From the NCBI GenBank assembly GCA_964016885.1, contig OZ024744.1, forward strand, positions 113,150,001-113,214,000: 64,000 nt of DNA, written 5' to 3'. The position numbers and the translations under genes are program-made. Positions 13,101-26,650 of the stretch are shown here, one piece after another. The notes beneath the pieces were generated by a model, which saw only the letters and a program-made list of their open reading frames with translations, did no database searches and was not told where the DNA came from. The stretch comes from Eledone cirrhosa (taxonomy: Eukaryota). The first letter of the stretch is position 1. Each line of letters begins with the position of its first letter.

Positions 13101-15250
13101 ATGACATGTGGTTAGAATGTCTCAGGAAAGAATCTCTGAATTGAGAGATCACAGCTCTGATACTACAGACATGGGGTTAGAATGTCTCAGGAAAGAATCT
13201 CTGAATTGAGAGATCACAGCTCTGATACTATGGACATGTGGTTAGAATGTCTCAGGAAAGAATCTCTGAATTGAGAGATCACAGCTCTGATACTACAGAC
13301 ATGGGGTTAGAATGTCTCAGGAAAGAATCTCTGAATTGAGAGATCACAGCTCTGATACTACAGACATGGGGTTAGAATGTCTCAGGAAAGAATCTCTGAA
13401 TTGAGAGGTCACAGCTCTGATACTATGGACATGTGGTTAGAATGTCTCAGGAAAGAATCTCTGAATTGAGAGATCACAGCTCTGATACTACAGACATGTG
13501 GTTAGAATGTCTCAGGAAAGAATCTCTGAATTGAGAGATCACAGCTCTGATACTACAGACATGTGGTTAGAATGTCTCAGGAAAGAATCTCGGAATTGAG
13601 AGATCACAGCTCTGATACTACAGACATGTGGTTAGAATGTCTCAGGAAAGAATCTCTGAATTGAGAGGTCACAGCTCTGATACTATGGACATGTGGTTAG
13701 AATGTCTCAGGAAAGAATCTCTGAATTGAGAGATCACAGCTCTGATACTACAGACATGTGGTTAGAATGTCTCAGGAAAGAATCTCTGAATTGAGAGGTC
13801 ACAGCTCTGATACTATGGACATGTGGTTAGAATGTCTCAGGAAAGAATCTCTGAATTGAGAGATCACAGCTCTGATACTACAGACATGTGGTTAGAATGT
13901 CTCAGGAAAGAATCTCTGAATTGAGAGATCACAGCTCTGATACTACAGACATGTGGTTAGAATGTCTCAGGAAAGAATCTCTGAATTGAGAGGTCACAGC
14001 TCTGATACTATGGACATGTGGTTAGAATGTCTCAGGAAAGAATCTCTGAATTGAGAGGTCACAGCTCTGATACTACAGACATGTGGTTAGAATGTCTCAG
14101 GAAAGAATCTCTGAATTGAGAGGTCACAGTTCTGATACTACAGACATGGAGTTAGAATGTCTCAGGAAAGAATCTCTGAATTGAGAGATCACAGCTCTGA
14201 TACTACAGATATGTGGTTAGAATATCTCAGGAAAGAATCTCTGAATTGAGAGGTCACAGCTCTGATACTACAGACATGTGGTTAGAATGTCTCAGGAAAG
14301 AATCTCTGAATTGAGAGGTCACAGCTCTGATACTATGGACATGTGTTTAGAATGTCTCAGGAAAGAATCTCTGAATTGAGAGGTCACAGCTCTGATACTA
14401 CAGACATGTGGTTAGAATGTCTCAGGAAAGAATCTCTGAATTGAGAGGTCACAGTTCTGATACTACAGACATGGAGTTAGAATGTCTCAGGAAAGAATCT
14501 CTGAATTGAGAGATCACAGCTCTGATACTACAGATATGTGGTTAGAATGTCTCAGGAAAGAATCTCTGAATTGAGAGATCACAGCTCTGATACTACAGAC
14601 ATGTGGTTAGAATGTCTCAGGAAAGAATCTCTGAATTGAGAGATCACAGCTCTGATACTATGTACATGTGGTTAGAATGTCTCAGGAAAGAATCTCTGAA
14701 TTGAGAGGTCACAGCTCTGATACTATGGACATGTGGTTAGAATGTCTCAGGAAAGAATCTCTGAATTGAGAGATCACAGCTCTGATACTATGTACATGTG
14801 GTTAGAATGTCTCAGGAAAGAATCTCTGAATTGAGAGGTCACAGCTCTGATACTATGGACATGTGGTTAGAATGTCTCAGGAAAGAATCTCTGAATTGAG
14901 AGGTCACAGCTCTGATACTACAGACATGTGGTTAGAATGTCTCAGGAAAGAATCTCTGAATTGAGAGGTCACAGTTCTGATACTACAGACATGTGGTTAG
15001 AATGTCTCAGGAAAGAATCTCTGTATTGAGAGGTCACAGCTCTGATACTATGACATGTGGTTAGAATGTCTCAGGAAAGAATCTCTGAATTGAGAGATCA
15101 CAGCTCTGATACTACAGACATGTGGTTAGAATGTCTCAGGAAAGAATCTCTGAATTGAGAGGTCACAGTTCTGATACTACAGACATGTGGTTAGAATGTC
15201 TCAGGAAAGAATCTCTGTATTGAGAGGTCACAGCTCTGATACTATGGACT
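10150..15250. repeat. 64/65-bp minisatellite, ~78 copies
   Basis: Unit ggaaagaatctctgaattgagagatcacagctctgatactacagacatgtggttagaatgtctca, with atgac/atggac/acagac variants. Confidence 0.98.
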
Positions 15251-15480
15251 AGAATGTGATAGGAAAATCTCTGGACAGATTTTACGGGCAAACCAACCAA
15301 CAGGAGACCCAGGGGTAGAGCCCGAGCAAGATGGTTGGATAACATCCATGAGCTTAGCTGGTCATGCTTGAGGATCCAGTCGGATCAGTTGGAGACAGTT
15401 GCTTCTGACAGGATTCACTAGAAGGAGTGGTTGAGGACTCTGCCCCAATGACCTTCAAATGGGAGAAGAAGAATGTATAA
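15250..15480 (+). mobile_element. 3' end of decayed Rex3/Expander-like RTE
   Basis: Reads RRPRGRARARWLDNIHELSWSCLRI, typical of the RTE ORF C-terminus (GRRPRGRPRTRW..). Confidence 0.75.
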
Positions 15481-15509
15481 AGGAATGTTATAAACTGCGA
15501 GTAACTTAC

Positions 15510-15636
15510 CAACATCATTAAATGCAACTGGTGGGCCTGAATCAACTATCTCATTTAATATGAGGTTAGCCAGTTTTTTGTCAACGTTTTTAAAACTAGC
15601 AGGTAACTGCTTTTCTTTTTTGGGAGAACTTTTCAT
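15510..15636 (-). CDS. SPAST: Spastin exon (127 bp) MKSSPKKEKQLPASFKNVDKKLANLILNEIVDSGPPVAFNDV(A)
   Basis: Acceptor ttgcag| and donor |gtaagt; phase 0-1; matches spastin pre-AAA helix FRNVDSNLANLIMNEIVD. Confidence 0.93.
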
Positions 15637-16151
15637 CTGCAACAACAAAAAAAAATACTTTAATTTAATTTCACATCAGATAAGTTTTCTAAAAAAAAAC
15701 CAATTACCCCTTTTTACATATTATATCAAGATTGGTGTCTATTTTACTACATTTGCATGGGTTATGAGACATATCAGGTCAGTTGACCACACTTGCCTGG
15801 GTTAGACAGGTTGTCACCATTATGAGACATGTCAGGTCAGTTGATGACATTTTATTCATATAGAGCTGTATTTTGGCTTGGTTTCTATAGCAGGATGCCC
15901 TTCCTAACACTGTTACAGTGTGGACTGGTTGCTTTTTCTAATGTCACCAGCACAATCACCTTATAGGGTGGGCTGGGTACTTTTTCTTGTGTGACCAGCA
16001 TAATCACCTTACAGGCAAGGTCAGATTTAATAGGGGCAATGGAGCAATTGGTCTGAGACCCTTGCAGCAGGGGGCTCCACCAGCGACAGCCGTAACAATT
16101 TATTTGTGCCCTAAGCAGGGCTTTTTAGTTTTATCCCTTTGATGAGAACTA

Positions 16152-19100
16152 TCATCATCATCATCATCGTTTAACGTCTATCTTCCACGCTAGCATGGGT
16201 TAGATGGGAGTTGTCCAACTTGAGGCAAGATTGGTCGGGTGACCGTGTCTCGCTCGTATAGGACTATCTGGCAGGTTTTCTATGGCTGGATGCCCTTCCT
16301 AACACAAACCACGTTTACAGTGTGGACTGGGAGGTTTTTACTGTGTTACCTACACAACCACATTACAGTGTGGACTGTGTTTTTTGTTGTGACACCTACA
16401 CGACCATTTATTTAGGACTGCATGTTGTGGTACCAACATAACTTTACAGAGAAAGGGTGGTGTTGGCGGTGTGAGATGGGGTGTATATTTGGTTTGGAGG
16501 GGCCTACTAACTTTAAGTTAACTTTGCATGTAGGGCACGCGGGTCTTCTATATTACTGCATAGCACCAAAGATCTCGGTCCAGTGACATTGTCTTGGAGA
16601 GGTGTAAGTGTGTGAGGTCGGAATTTATCAAGTCGTCCCAGGTTTTTCTGGGTCTGCCTACTCCGTAGCTTCCATCAATTTTGATCGCCCTGCACTTTTT
16701 TATACAGCTGTCGTCTTTCATGTGCATCACGTGACCATACCAACGTAGTCTTCTCTCGAGTAAACAGCATCTGATCCCTCTTATTCCTAATTTCTCACTT
16801 AGTTTGTTTATGTTTTGCCATTCATGTATATTACTATTACACATCCAACGGAGCATGTGTGCTTCGTTCCTTTCCAGTCTGCGCAGGTCCTCTGCACATA
16901 ATGCCCAGGTCTCACTGCCATGTAACATTGCTGTTCGTATGCAGGCATCATACAGCCTGCCTTTCATTTTTAGAGAGAACCCTTTAGCGGCCAATAGTGG
17001 TATAAGCTATCTGAACTTTTTCCATCCAGTTCTGACTCTAGCTACTGTACTTTCAGAGCACCCTCCCCCACTGCTGATTTTGTCACCCAGGTAACAGAAA
17101 GTGTCCACTATTTCTATAGAACCATCTGGTCAGTAGAAGGAGCTAGTGTCCTGTGGGCACTTGCTACTTATTGCACCTGAGCATTGGCCACATATAAAAT
17201 CTGCGTTCTTAGATAGCTTGCCTGTGATCCTACTACATCTTTTATGTACCCATACTTTGCATTTGGGACAGCAAATGGAATTTCTACCTATTCCTTTCCT
17301 TTCCTACACACTGAGCATGGCCATTTTCCAAAGGGCACCTGTGCCCTATTTTCCTTTCTACATACTAGAACTTTAGTCTTAGACAAGTTAACCTTAAGGC
17401 CTTTTGATTCTAGGCCAAGCTTCCATGCTTGGAATTTCTTCTCTAGTTCAGCCATAGATTCAGCTATGAGAGTTAGATCATCTGCGTAAAGTTCTCATGG
17501 GCAGCCGGTCTTAAACTCCTCTGTTATAGCCTGAAAGGCAATAATAAACAGGAGGGGCCAAAGAACAGAGCCTTGATGACACCTAGTTTTACGTTAAATT
17601 CTTCACTATATTCATTGTTAATTCTAACCTTGCTGACTGTTTCTTTATACATGGCTTGTATTGCTCTCACAAGCCATTCATCTACACCTTGTTTTCTAAG
17701 GACCCACCAGATAATTGAGCGGGTGACTCTGTCAAAGGCTTTCTCCAAGTCAACAAAAGCTAAGTAGAGGGGTTTACTTTTAGCTAGGTACTTCTCCTGT
17801 AGTTGTCGTACAAGGAAAAGAGCATCTGTGGTACTTTTACCTGACACAAACCCAAACTGCATTTCATCTAGATCAATTCGATCTCTGATTAGTTACGCTA
17901 TAACTGTTTCTGTGACCTTCATGACCTGGTCAACTACCTTAATGCCTCCATAGTTTCCCCTATCTAGGGCATCTCCTTTACCCTTGTAGCAGTTAACGAT
18001 GATGCCGCTACGCCAGTCATTTGGTATGACCCCATTCTGTATTACTTGGTTAACTATACGGGTGACCATAGTGTCTCCCACCATACCAGATGCTTTCAAC
18101 ATCTCAGCAACTATCTCCAGAGGCCCAGCTGCCTTGCCTGTCTTCATATCTTTGATTGCCTTACTTATTATACTACCTTTAACTTGCACAGCTGGTCCCT
18201 CTATTGGATCAATTTGGGGCAGACTATCTTTTTCCCATTTCTTCTCATTTACTAGTCTCTCGTAGTGACACTTTCAAGCTACCTTCTTGTCAGTATCAGT
18301 GAGGGCAAGTACACCATCATCATTATGGACACACTCCACCCCGACAATATCACGGTTTTTCTTGACACATTGTCTTGCAATCCTGAACACCTCACGTTTT
18401 GGGTCCTCACGTTGTAGAACATGCTTGAACTTACTATCCTCTGCTCCCTTCAAGTACACTTGTCTCATAGTTTCTCTCCTGGCCACTTGATAGTGTTCTC
18501 TACTTCCCCCATCCCGCCATACTTTCCAAGCCTGCTTTTTGGCCTTGATTGTCTCCCCCACCTTACTGTTTCACGACCAAGTTACTCTCCTCCTGCCTAT
18601 AGGTCTGCTCCAGCTAGATTTCATCTGTTGCCTTCAACAGGTTAATTTTCAAGAATTCCCACTGTTCCTCTATATTGTACATCTCTAATTGCTCTTCCTT
18701 ACTGTCAAAAGTATCAAGTAATATGCTTTTAAATTTGTCACTTGCTGTGGGGGTCCTTCAACTTCCATATTCTTATCAAGGTAGTCCTCCTCTGTCATCA
18801 AGTACTTCTGGTCCTGACTATGAGGTCACTAACTATGAGGCTATGTTGGGAGGTGCATTCTTCACGGGGGAGGGACTTAGTGTTTACAACAGACACTCTG
18901 TCACGTCTTCTAGTAAGGATATAATCTATCTGACTGGTGTGTTCCCCTGATCTATAGGTGATCAAGTGATTGTCTCGTTTTTTGAAGTTTGTGTTACAGA
19001 TAGTTAGGTTATTAGTGTCACAGAAATCTAGGATTCTGAAGCCTTCCTCATTTCTAGTACCAAACCCATAGCCTCCATGGATTCCGTCATAGCCATCACA

Positions 19101-19660
19101 ATGTTGTCCAACATGACCATTTAGGTCACCAGCAATAATTATGTAGTCACTGTCAGTTATTTGGGAGGTAGTAAACATTAGCGACTCATAGAATCTGTCT
19201 TTTATAACGCCAGGTAGTCCAGATTGGGGTGCATAAGCAGATATTATTGTCACAGTTGTTCTGTTTAGGACTAGTCTTATTTTAATTATTCTGTCGTTCA
19301 CTCTATTTACGGCAATTACCTTATCTACCCATTTTTCTGCTAAAATAATTCCTACTCCACCCCTCCACCTAGTCTCTTGAACACAACAAGCATCAACTTC
19401 CTTATGTTCAAGCTCATTTGAGCGACCTTTCAAGGTGCTTACATTCATGGTACCAACTCTGAAGTTTTGGGTTTCGTTGGGTGGGTGGAAGGAATGGGTT
19501 GGAGGCGCAGGGAGGGGTGTGGGAGATAGAATCCTGTTGGTCATCCATGTCTGAAATACAGAGGAGTCCTTGCGTTCTCGTCTGGCAGCAGGAGGTGAAT
19601 TTATCTTTATCTTTGACATCGTGAATGAGTGTCCAGATTGTTCAGACTCTCCAAATTCTG
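16152..19660 (-). mobile_element. Near full-length decayed RTE LINE (EN+RT)
   Basis: EN ORF 18798-19619 (GTMNVSTL, CVQETRW, AGDLNGHVG, QIDYIL); RT fragments 17524-18561; C-terminal 16548-16994; (GAT)n tail. Confidence 0.93.
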
Positions 19661-20494
19661 TAGTCTAGTCATATATATACACTACCAATATATATATATA
19701 CATATACATATCACATCCACTGATATGGGTTCTGAACAGGTGTACACGCTTAATCAGATTTAGGTCAACTGCATGAATCGGTGATAAATTACAAAAAAAA
19801 AAAAAAAAACTATATTTTTAACAAAAAGTATTTAATGACCATCATTTAGAGACATCAGATTGTTGTCAGAATAATATTCTAAAAAAAAGGTATTTGGAAA
19901 ACATGGGACAAAGTTGTAAAGAATGACATAAAAAAAAAAACTGACCCTGAAATAACATAGGACAGAGTTGATTAATGATATGCCATAATACAAAAGACAT
20001 GCCCACCAGTACAAGAACTGAGACACTAAAAGTAAGTGATTGGCAATCGAATGGAAACAATATAGTGATTAGGGGAACGCTTCAGCCTGGCCGAACATGT
20101 GTCCTCTTTAGTGCCACGATAAAATGCACCCTGTACATCCTGTAAATTGTTAATGTTGGTACTTTGATAGAATATACCTGGTCAATTGTGTTGGTATTGC
20201 AAAAACACTGCACCCAGTAAACACTAAAGTGGTTATGTTAGGAAGGGCATCCAGCCAAGCTGACTTTGATATGTAAAATAAGGGGTTTGCTGTGTATTGT
20301 AATTTTTTGTGTATGAGAAGAGGGGGTGGGGGCACGCCAAACATCTAAATTCAGCCCTGCTTACAGAGTAGACTGAGAGCCTCTTGTGTCACCAGCACAA
20401 CCATCTTACAGAGTGCATTTGGAGCTGCCTTTTATCATGTTATCTATACGACCACCTAACAATATGGAATGCGTGTTTTATAAAATAAAGGGTA

Positions 20495-20800
20495 AGATAA
20501 TTGTTTCTACGTTAGGCACAAGGCCAGCAATTACCCAGTGCATTACTGGTACTTTATTTTATCGACCCCGTAAGGATGAAAGGCAAAGTTAACCTTGGCG
20601 GGATTTGAACTCAGAAAGGTAAGGGCCGTAACTCTATACGTCAAAGCATGGCATCCGACCCTCTACTAATACTGCCAATCCAATAAAGGGTAAGATAATT
20701 GTTTCTATTTAGGCACAAGGCCAGCAAATACCCAGTGCATTAATGGTACTTTATTTTATCGACCCCGTAAGGATGAAAGGCAAAGTCAACCTCGGCGGGA
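20495..20800 (-). mobile_element. SINE family A, full copy plus tandem partial copy
   Basis: Reverse complement of the 9294 SINE; aataaagggtaagataattgtttcta duplicated. Confidence 0.85.
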
Positions 20801-21027
20801 TAGATAATGATAGAAGAAAAGAAAAGTATAATTATCATATTTAATGGCCAGGCTATGTATAGCAATGTTTTGTATCTCCTCCATTATTTAAATGGTTAAC
20901 TTCTTTGAATTTAAAATGTATTTTAATTCTGTTTCAGTCCTTCATATCATGAGTGGTATGCTTTGCATTCTACATTTTATGTAGTCCCTATCTTCAGTGA
21001 CATGTATTTTTGAATTCTATTTTCGTT

Positions 21028-21156
21028 TTGGTTCTGAAGATGAGATCATTTCTTAGTTCAGTTATATTATCATCGGCTCTTATCGATTATATAATCAATA
21101 ATTTTCTTTTTTATGTACTGAATTTCGATATGATTTATGAAACAATTGTAAACCAA
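21028..21156 (+). ncRNA. Putative minimal type I hammerhead ribozyme with long loop II (Penelope pLTR-type)
   Basis: ttggtt-CTGAAGA-t(g)agatcat...atgattt(a)t-GAA-ACAATTGT-A-aaccaa; 6-bp stem I, palindromic stem III, GUA site, overlapping aataaa. Confidence 0.7.
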
Positions 21157-21233
21157 TAAATATATTTGTTCCAGAATTTGGTATTGTATTCTCTAACAAT
21201 TAATTTATATATATATATATGTTTGTATACATG

Positions 21234-21555
21234 AGGGCACATGGCTTAGTGGTTAGAGCATTGGCCTTGCAATCGAAAGGTTGTGAGTTCAATTCTCAGA
21301 CCGGGTGATGTGTTGTTTCCTTGAGCAAGACACTTTATTTCACATTGCTCCAGTTTACTCAGCTGTAGAAATGAGATGATATGGACTGGGTCCCTATCAT
21401 TCCACAGCAAAAAAGCACCCAGCACTCACTGTAAATGAGGTTGGTGTTAGGAAGGGCATCCAGCTGTAGAAATCAAGCCAGAATCAGTTCCCGTCCCACC
21501 CTTGCAAGCAGGGAAAAAGCGGACGTAAAATGAAATGATGAAATGATGATGAAAT
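21234..21555 (+). mobile_element. tRNA-derived SINE family B with RTE-derived 3' tail
   Basis: A box tggcttagtggt, B box gagttcaattc, V-domain-like ccttgagcaagacactt, tail shared with RTE 3' UTR at 30640-30780. Confidence 0.88.
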
Positions 21556-21653
21556 GAGTGTATGTGGACCTATAACTCCTAATAGATAGATGGTTGTCTC
21601 ATAACAATTTGGACATAGTAATAAGAACAATACTTCAGTCAAACAGTACTTAC

Positions 21654-21811
21654 ATCGGGTTGTGACAACTGACGTTTATGAAGCTGCCTTTTAGGTGACA
21701 AAGTTGGACTTTCTTTCAAAGTTGAAGTTGACGTACTTCTAGTTCGGGGCAAAGTGTTGCTCTTGTGCACCAATAATTGGTTTTTGGAAGGCTTCAATGG
21801 CTTCGTTGCAA
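21654..21811 (-). CDS. SPAST: Spastin exon (158 bp) ..ATKPLKPSKNQLLVHKSNTLPRTRS..KRQLSQPD, linker/MTBD region
   Basis: Acceptor ttgtag| and donor |gtaagt; open frame, phase 1-0 in frame with the 15636 exon; SNTLPR motif like spastin SNSLPR. Confidence 0.85.
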
Positions 21812-21889
21812 CTACAAGTACAAAAAATAAGATATTAATGAAGGAGTTGCCTCTAAATGGGACAAATCTGTCTAACCTTTGCTAGTATG

Positions 21890-24800
21890 GAAGTTATGCA
21901 AGATATTGTGTGAGGTAAAGACTTTACTGTGAAAATACAATAGTATATATAGAGTAATGTAAATGTTATGCAAGATATTGTGTGAGGTAAAGACTTTACT
22001 GTGAAAATACAATAGTATATATAGAGTAATGTAAATGTTATGTGAGATATTATGTGAGGTAAAGACTTTACTGTGAAAATACAATAGTATATATAGAGTA
22101 ATGTAAATGTTATGTGAGATATTATGTTAGGTAAAGACTTTACTGTGAAAATACAATAGTATATATAGAGTAATGTAAATGTTATGTGAGATATTATGTG
22201 AGGTAAAGACTTTACTGTGAAAATACAATAGTATATATAGAGTAATGTAAATGTTATGTGAGATATGTTAGGTAAAGACTTTACTGTGAAAATACAATAG
22301 TATATACAGAGTAATGTAAATGTTATGTGAGATATTATGTGAGGTAAAGACTTTACTGTGAAAATACAATAGTATATATAGAGTAATGTAAATGTTATGT
22401 GAGATATTGTGTGAGGTAAAGACTTTATTGTGAAAATACAATAGTATATATAGAGTAATGTAAATGTTATGAGATATTATGTGAGGTAAAGACTTTACTG
22501 TGAAAATACAATAGTATATATAGAGTAATGTAAATGTTTTGTGAGATATTATGTGAGGTAAAGACTTTACTGTGAAAATACAATAGTATATATAGAGTAA
22601 TGTAAATGTTTTGTGACATATTATGTTAGGTAAAGCCTTTACTGTGAAAATACAATAGTATATATAGAGTAATGTAAATGTTATGAGATATTATGTGAGG
22701 TAAAGCCTTTACTGTGAAAATACAATAGTATATATAGAGTAATGTAAATGTTATGTGAGATATTATGTGAGGTAAAGACTTTACTGTGAAAATACAATAG
22801 TATATATAGAGTAATGTAAATGTTATGCGAGATATTATGTGAGGTAAAGACTTTACTGTGAAAATACAATAGTATATATAGAGTAATGTAAATGTTATGT
22901 GAGATATTATGTGAGGTAAAGCCTTTACTGTGAAAATACAATAGTATATATAGAGTAATGTAAATGTTATGTGAGATTATGTGAGGTAAAGACTTTACTG
23001 TGAAAATACAATAGTATATATAGAGTAATGTAAATGTTATGTGAGATATTGTGTGAGGTAAAGACTTTATTGTGAAAATACAATAGTATATATAGAGTAA
23101 TGTAAATGTTATGAGATATTATGTGAGGTAAAGACTTTACTGTGAAAATACAATAGTATATAAACAGTAATGTAAATGTTATGTGAGATATTATGTTAGG
23201 TAAAGTCTTTACTGTGAAAATACAATAGTATATATAGAGTAATGTAAATGTTTTGTGAGATATTATGTGAGGTAAAGACTTTACTGTGAAAATACAATAG
23301 TATATATAGAGTAATGTAAATGTTTTGTGAGATATTATGTTAGGTAAAGCATTTACTGTGAAAATACAATAGTATATATAGAGTAATGTAAATGTTATGA
23401 GATATTATGTGAGGTAAAGCCTTTACTGTGAAAATACAATAGTATATATAGAGTAATGTAAATGTTATGTGAGATATTATGTGAGGTAAAGCCTTTACTG
23501 TGAAAATACAATAGTATATTTAGAGTAATGTAAATGTTATGTGAGATATTATGTGAGGTAAAGACTTTATTGCGAAAATACAATAGTATATATAGAGTAA
23601 TGTAAATATTATGTGAGATATTATGTGAGGTAAAGACTTTATTGTGAAAATACAATAGTATATATAGAGTAATGTAAATATTATGTGAGATATTATGTGA
23701 GGTAAAGACTTTATTGTGAAAATACAATAGTATATACAGAGTAATGTAAATGTTATGTGAGTTATTATGTGAGGTAAAGACTTTACTGTGAAAATACAAT
23801 AGTATATATAGAGTAATGTAAATGTTATGTGAGATATTGTGTGAGGTAAAGACTTTGCTGTGAAAATACAATAGTATATATAGAGTAATGTAAATGTTAT
23901 GTGAGATATTATGTGAGGTAAAGACTTTATTGTGAAAATACAATAGTATAAATAGAGTAATGTAAATGTTATGCGAGATATTATGTGAGGTAAAGCCTTT
24001 ACTGTGAAAATACAATAGTATATATAGAGTAATGTAAATGTTATGTGAGATATTATGTGAGGTAAAGACTTTATTGTGAAAATACAATAGTATAAATAGA
24101 GTAATGTAAATGTTATGTGAGATATTGTGTGAGGTAAAGACTTTACTGTGAAAATACAATAGTATATATAGAGTAATGTAAATGTTATGTGAGATATTAT
24201 GTGAGGTAAAGACTTTACTGTGAAAATACAATAGTATATATAGAGTAATGTAAATGTTATGTGAGATATTATGTTAGGTAAAGCCTTTACTGTGAAAATA
24301 CAATAGTATATATAGAGTTACGTAAATGTTATGTGAGATATTATGTGAGGTAAAGACTTTACTGTGAAAATACAATAGTATATATAGAGTAATGTAAATG
24401 TTATGTGAGATATTATGTGAGGTAAAGACTTTACTGTGAAAATACAATAGTATATATAGAGTAATGTAAATGTTATGTGAGATATTATGTGAGGTAAAGC
24501 CTTTACTGTGAAAATACAATAGTATATATAGAGTAATGTAAATGTTATGTGAGATATTATGTTAGGTAAAGACTTTACTGTGAAAATACAATAGTATATA
24601 TAGAGTAATGTAAATGTTATGTGAGATATTATGTGAGGTAAAGACTTTACTGTGAAAATACAATAGTATATATAGAGTAATGTAAATGTTATGTGAGATA
24701 TTGTGTGAGGTAAAGACTTTATTGTGAAAATACAATAGTATATATAGAGTAATGTAAATGTTATGAGATATTATGTGAGGTAAAGACTTTACTGTGAAAA

Positions 24801-26650
24801 TACAATAGTATATAAAGAGTAATGTAAATGTTATGTGAGATATTATGTTAGGTAAAGACTTTACTGTGAAAATACAATAGTATATATAGAGTAATGTAAA
24901 TGTTTTGTGAGATATTATGTGAGGTAAAGACTTTACTGTGAAAATACAATAGTATATATAGAGTAATGTAAATGTTTTGTGAGATATTATGTTAGGTAAA
25001 GCCTTTACTGTGAAAATACAATAGTATATATAGAGTAATGTAAATGTTATGAGATATTATGTGAGGTAAAGCCTTTACTGTGAAAATACAATAGTATATA
25101 TAGAGTAATGTAAATGTTATGTGAGATATGTGAGGTAAAGCCTTTACTGTGAAAATACAATAGTATATTTAGAGTAATGTAAATGTTATGTGAGCTATTA
25201 TGTGAGGTAAAGACTTTATTGTGAAAATACAATAGTATATATAGAGTAATGTAAATATTATGTGAGATATGTGAGGTAAAGACTTTATTGTGAAAATACA
25301 ATAGTATATATAGAGTAATGTAAATATTATGTGAGATATTATGTGAGGTAAAGACTTTATTGTGAAAATACAATAGTATATACAGAGTAATGTAAATGTT
25401 ATGTGAGTTATTATGTGAGGTAAAGACTTTACTGTGAAAATACAATAGTATATATAGAGTAATGTAAATGTTATGTGAGATATTATGTGAGGTAAAGACT
25501 TTATTGTGAAAATACAATAGTATATACAGAGTAATGTAAATGTTATGCGAGTTATTATGTAAGGTAAAGACTTTACTGTGAAAATACAATAGTATATACA
25601 GAGTAATGTAAATGTTATGTGAGTTATTATGTAAGGTAAAGACTTTACTGTGAAAATACAATAGTATATATAGAGTAATGTAAATGTTATGTGAGATATT
25701 ATGTGAGGTAAAGCCTTTACTGTGACAATACAATAGTATATATAGAGTAATGTAAATGTTATGTGAGATATTATGTGAGGTAAAGCCTTTACTGTGAAAA
25801 TATAATAGTATATATAGAGTAATGTAAATGTTATGTGAGATATTGTGTGAGGTAAAGCCTTTACCATGAAAATATAATTGTTTCTACTTTTGGCACAAGG
25901 CCAGCAATTACCCAGTGCATTTCTGGTACTTTATTTTATCGACCCCGTAAGGATGAAAGGCAAAGTTAACCACGGCAGGATTTGAACTCAGAATGGCAAG
26001 GGCCGTAACTATGCATCAAAGCATGGCGTCCGACCCTCTACCGATACTGCCAATACACCGCATGAAAATACAATAGTATATATAGAGTAATGTAAATGTT
26101 ATGCGAGATATTATGTGAGGTAAAGCCTTTACCATTAAAATACAATAGTATATACAGAGTAATGTAAATGTTATGAGATATTATGTGAGGTAAAGCCTTT
26201 ACTGTGAAAATACAATAGTATATACAGAGTAATGTAAATGTTATGAGATATTATGTGAGGTAAAGCCTTTACTGTGAAAATACAATAGTATATATAGAGT
26301 AATGTAAATGTTATGTGAGATATTATGTGAGGTAAAGATTTACTGTGAAAATACAATAGTAAATATAGAGTAATGTAAATGTTATGTGAGATATTATGTG
26401 AGGTAAAGACTTTATTGTGAAAATACAATAGTATATATAGAGTAATGTAAATGTTATGTGAGATATTATGTGAGGTAAAGCCTTTACTGTGAAAATACAA
26501 TAGTATATATAGAGTAATGTAAATGTTATGTGAGATATTATGTGAGGTAAAGATTTACTGTGAAAATACAATAGTAAATATAGAGTAATGTAAATGTTAT
26601 GCGAGATATTGTGTGAGATAAAGCACTTACTGTGAAAATACAACAGTATA
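21890..26650. repeat. 72-bp AT-rich minisatellite, ~63 copies, interrupted by a SINE
   Basis: Unit gtgaaaatacaatagtatatatagagtaatgtaaatgttatgtgagatattatgtgaggtaaagactttact. Confidence 0.97.
25875..26060 (-). mobile_element. SINE family A inserted in the 72-bp array with a 10-bp TSD
   Basis: catgaaaata at 25865-25874 and 26061-26070. Confidence 0.88.

Noticed and set aside
20925-21005. Minus-strand CTGAAGA...GAAAC hammerhead candidate
   Set aside because: Stems II and III do not pair convincingly
21234-21310. tRNA gene
   Set aside because: tRNA-like head of SINE B, continuing into SINE core and tail; no proper acceptor stem
21872-26643. Long repetitive ORFs (YFHSKVFTSHNISHNIYITLYILL)n
   Set aside because: Consequence of a 72-bp (24-codon) unit; broken by indels and no splice or start evidence
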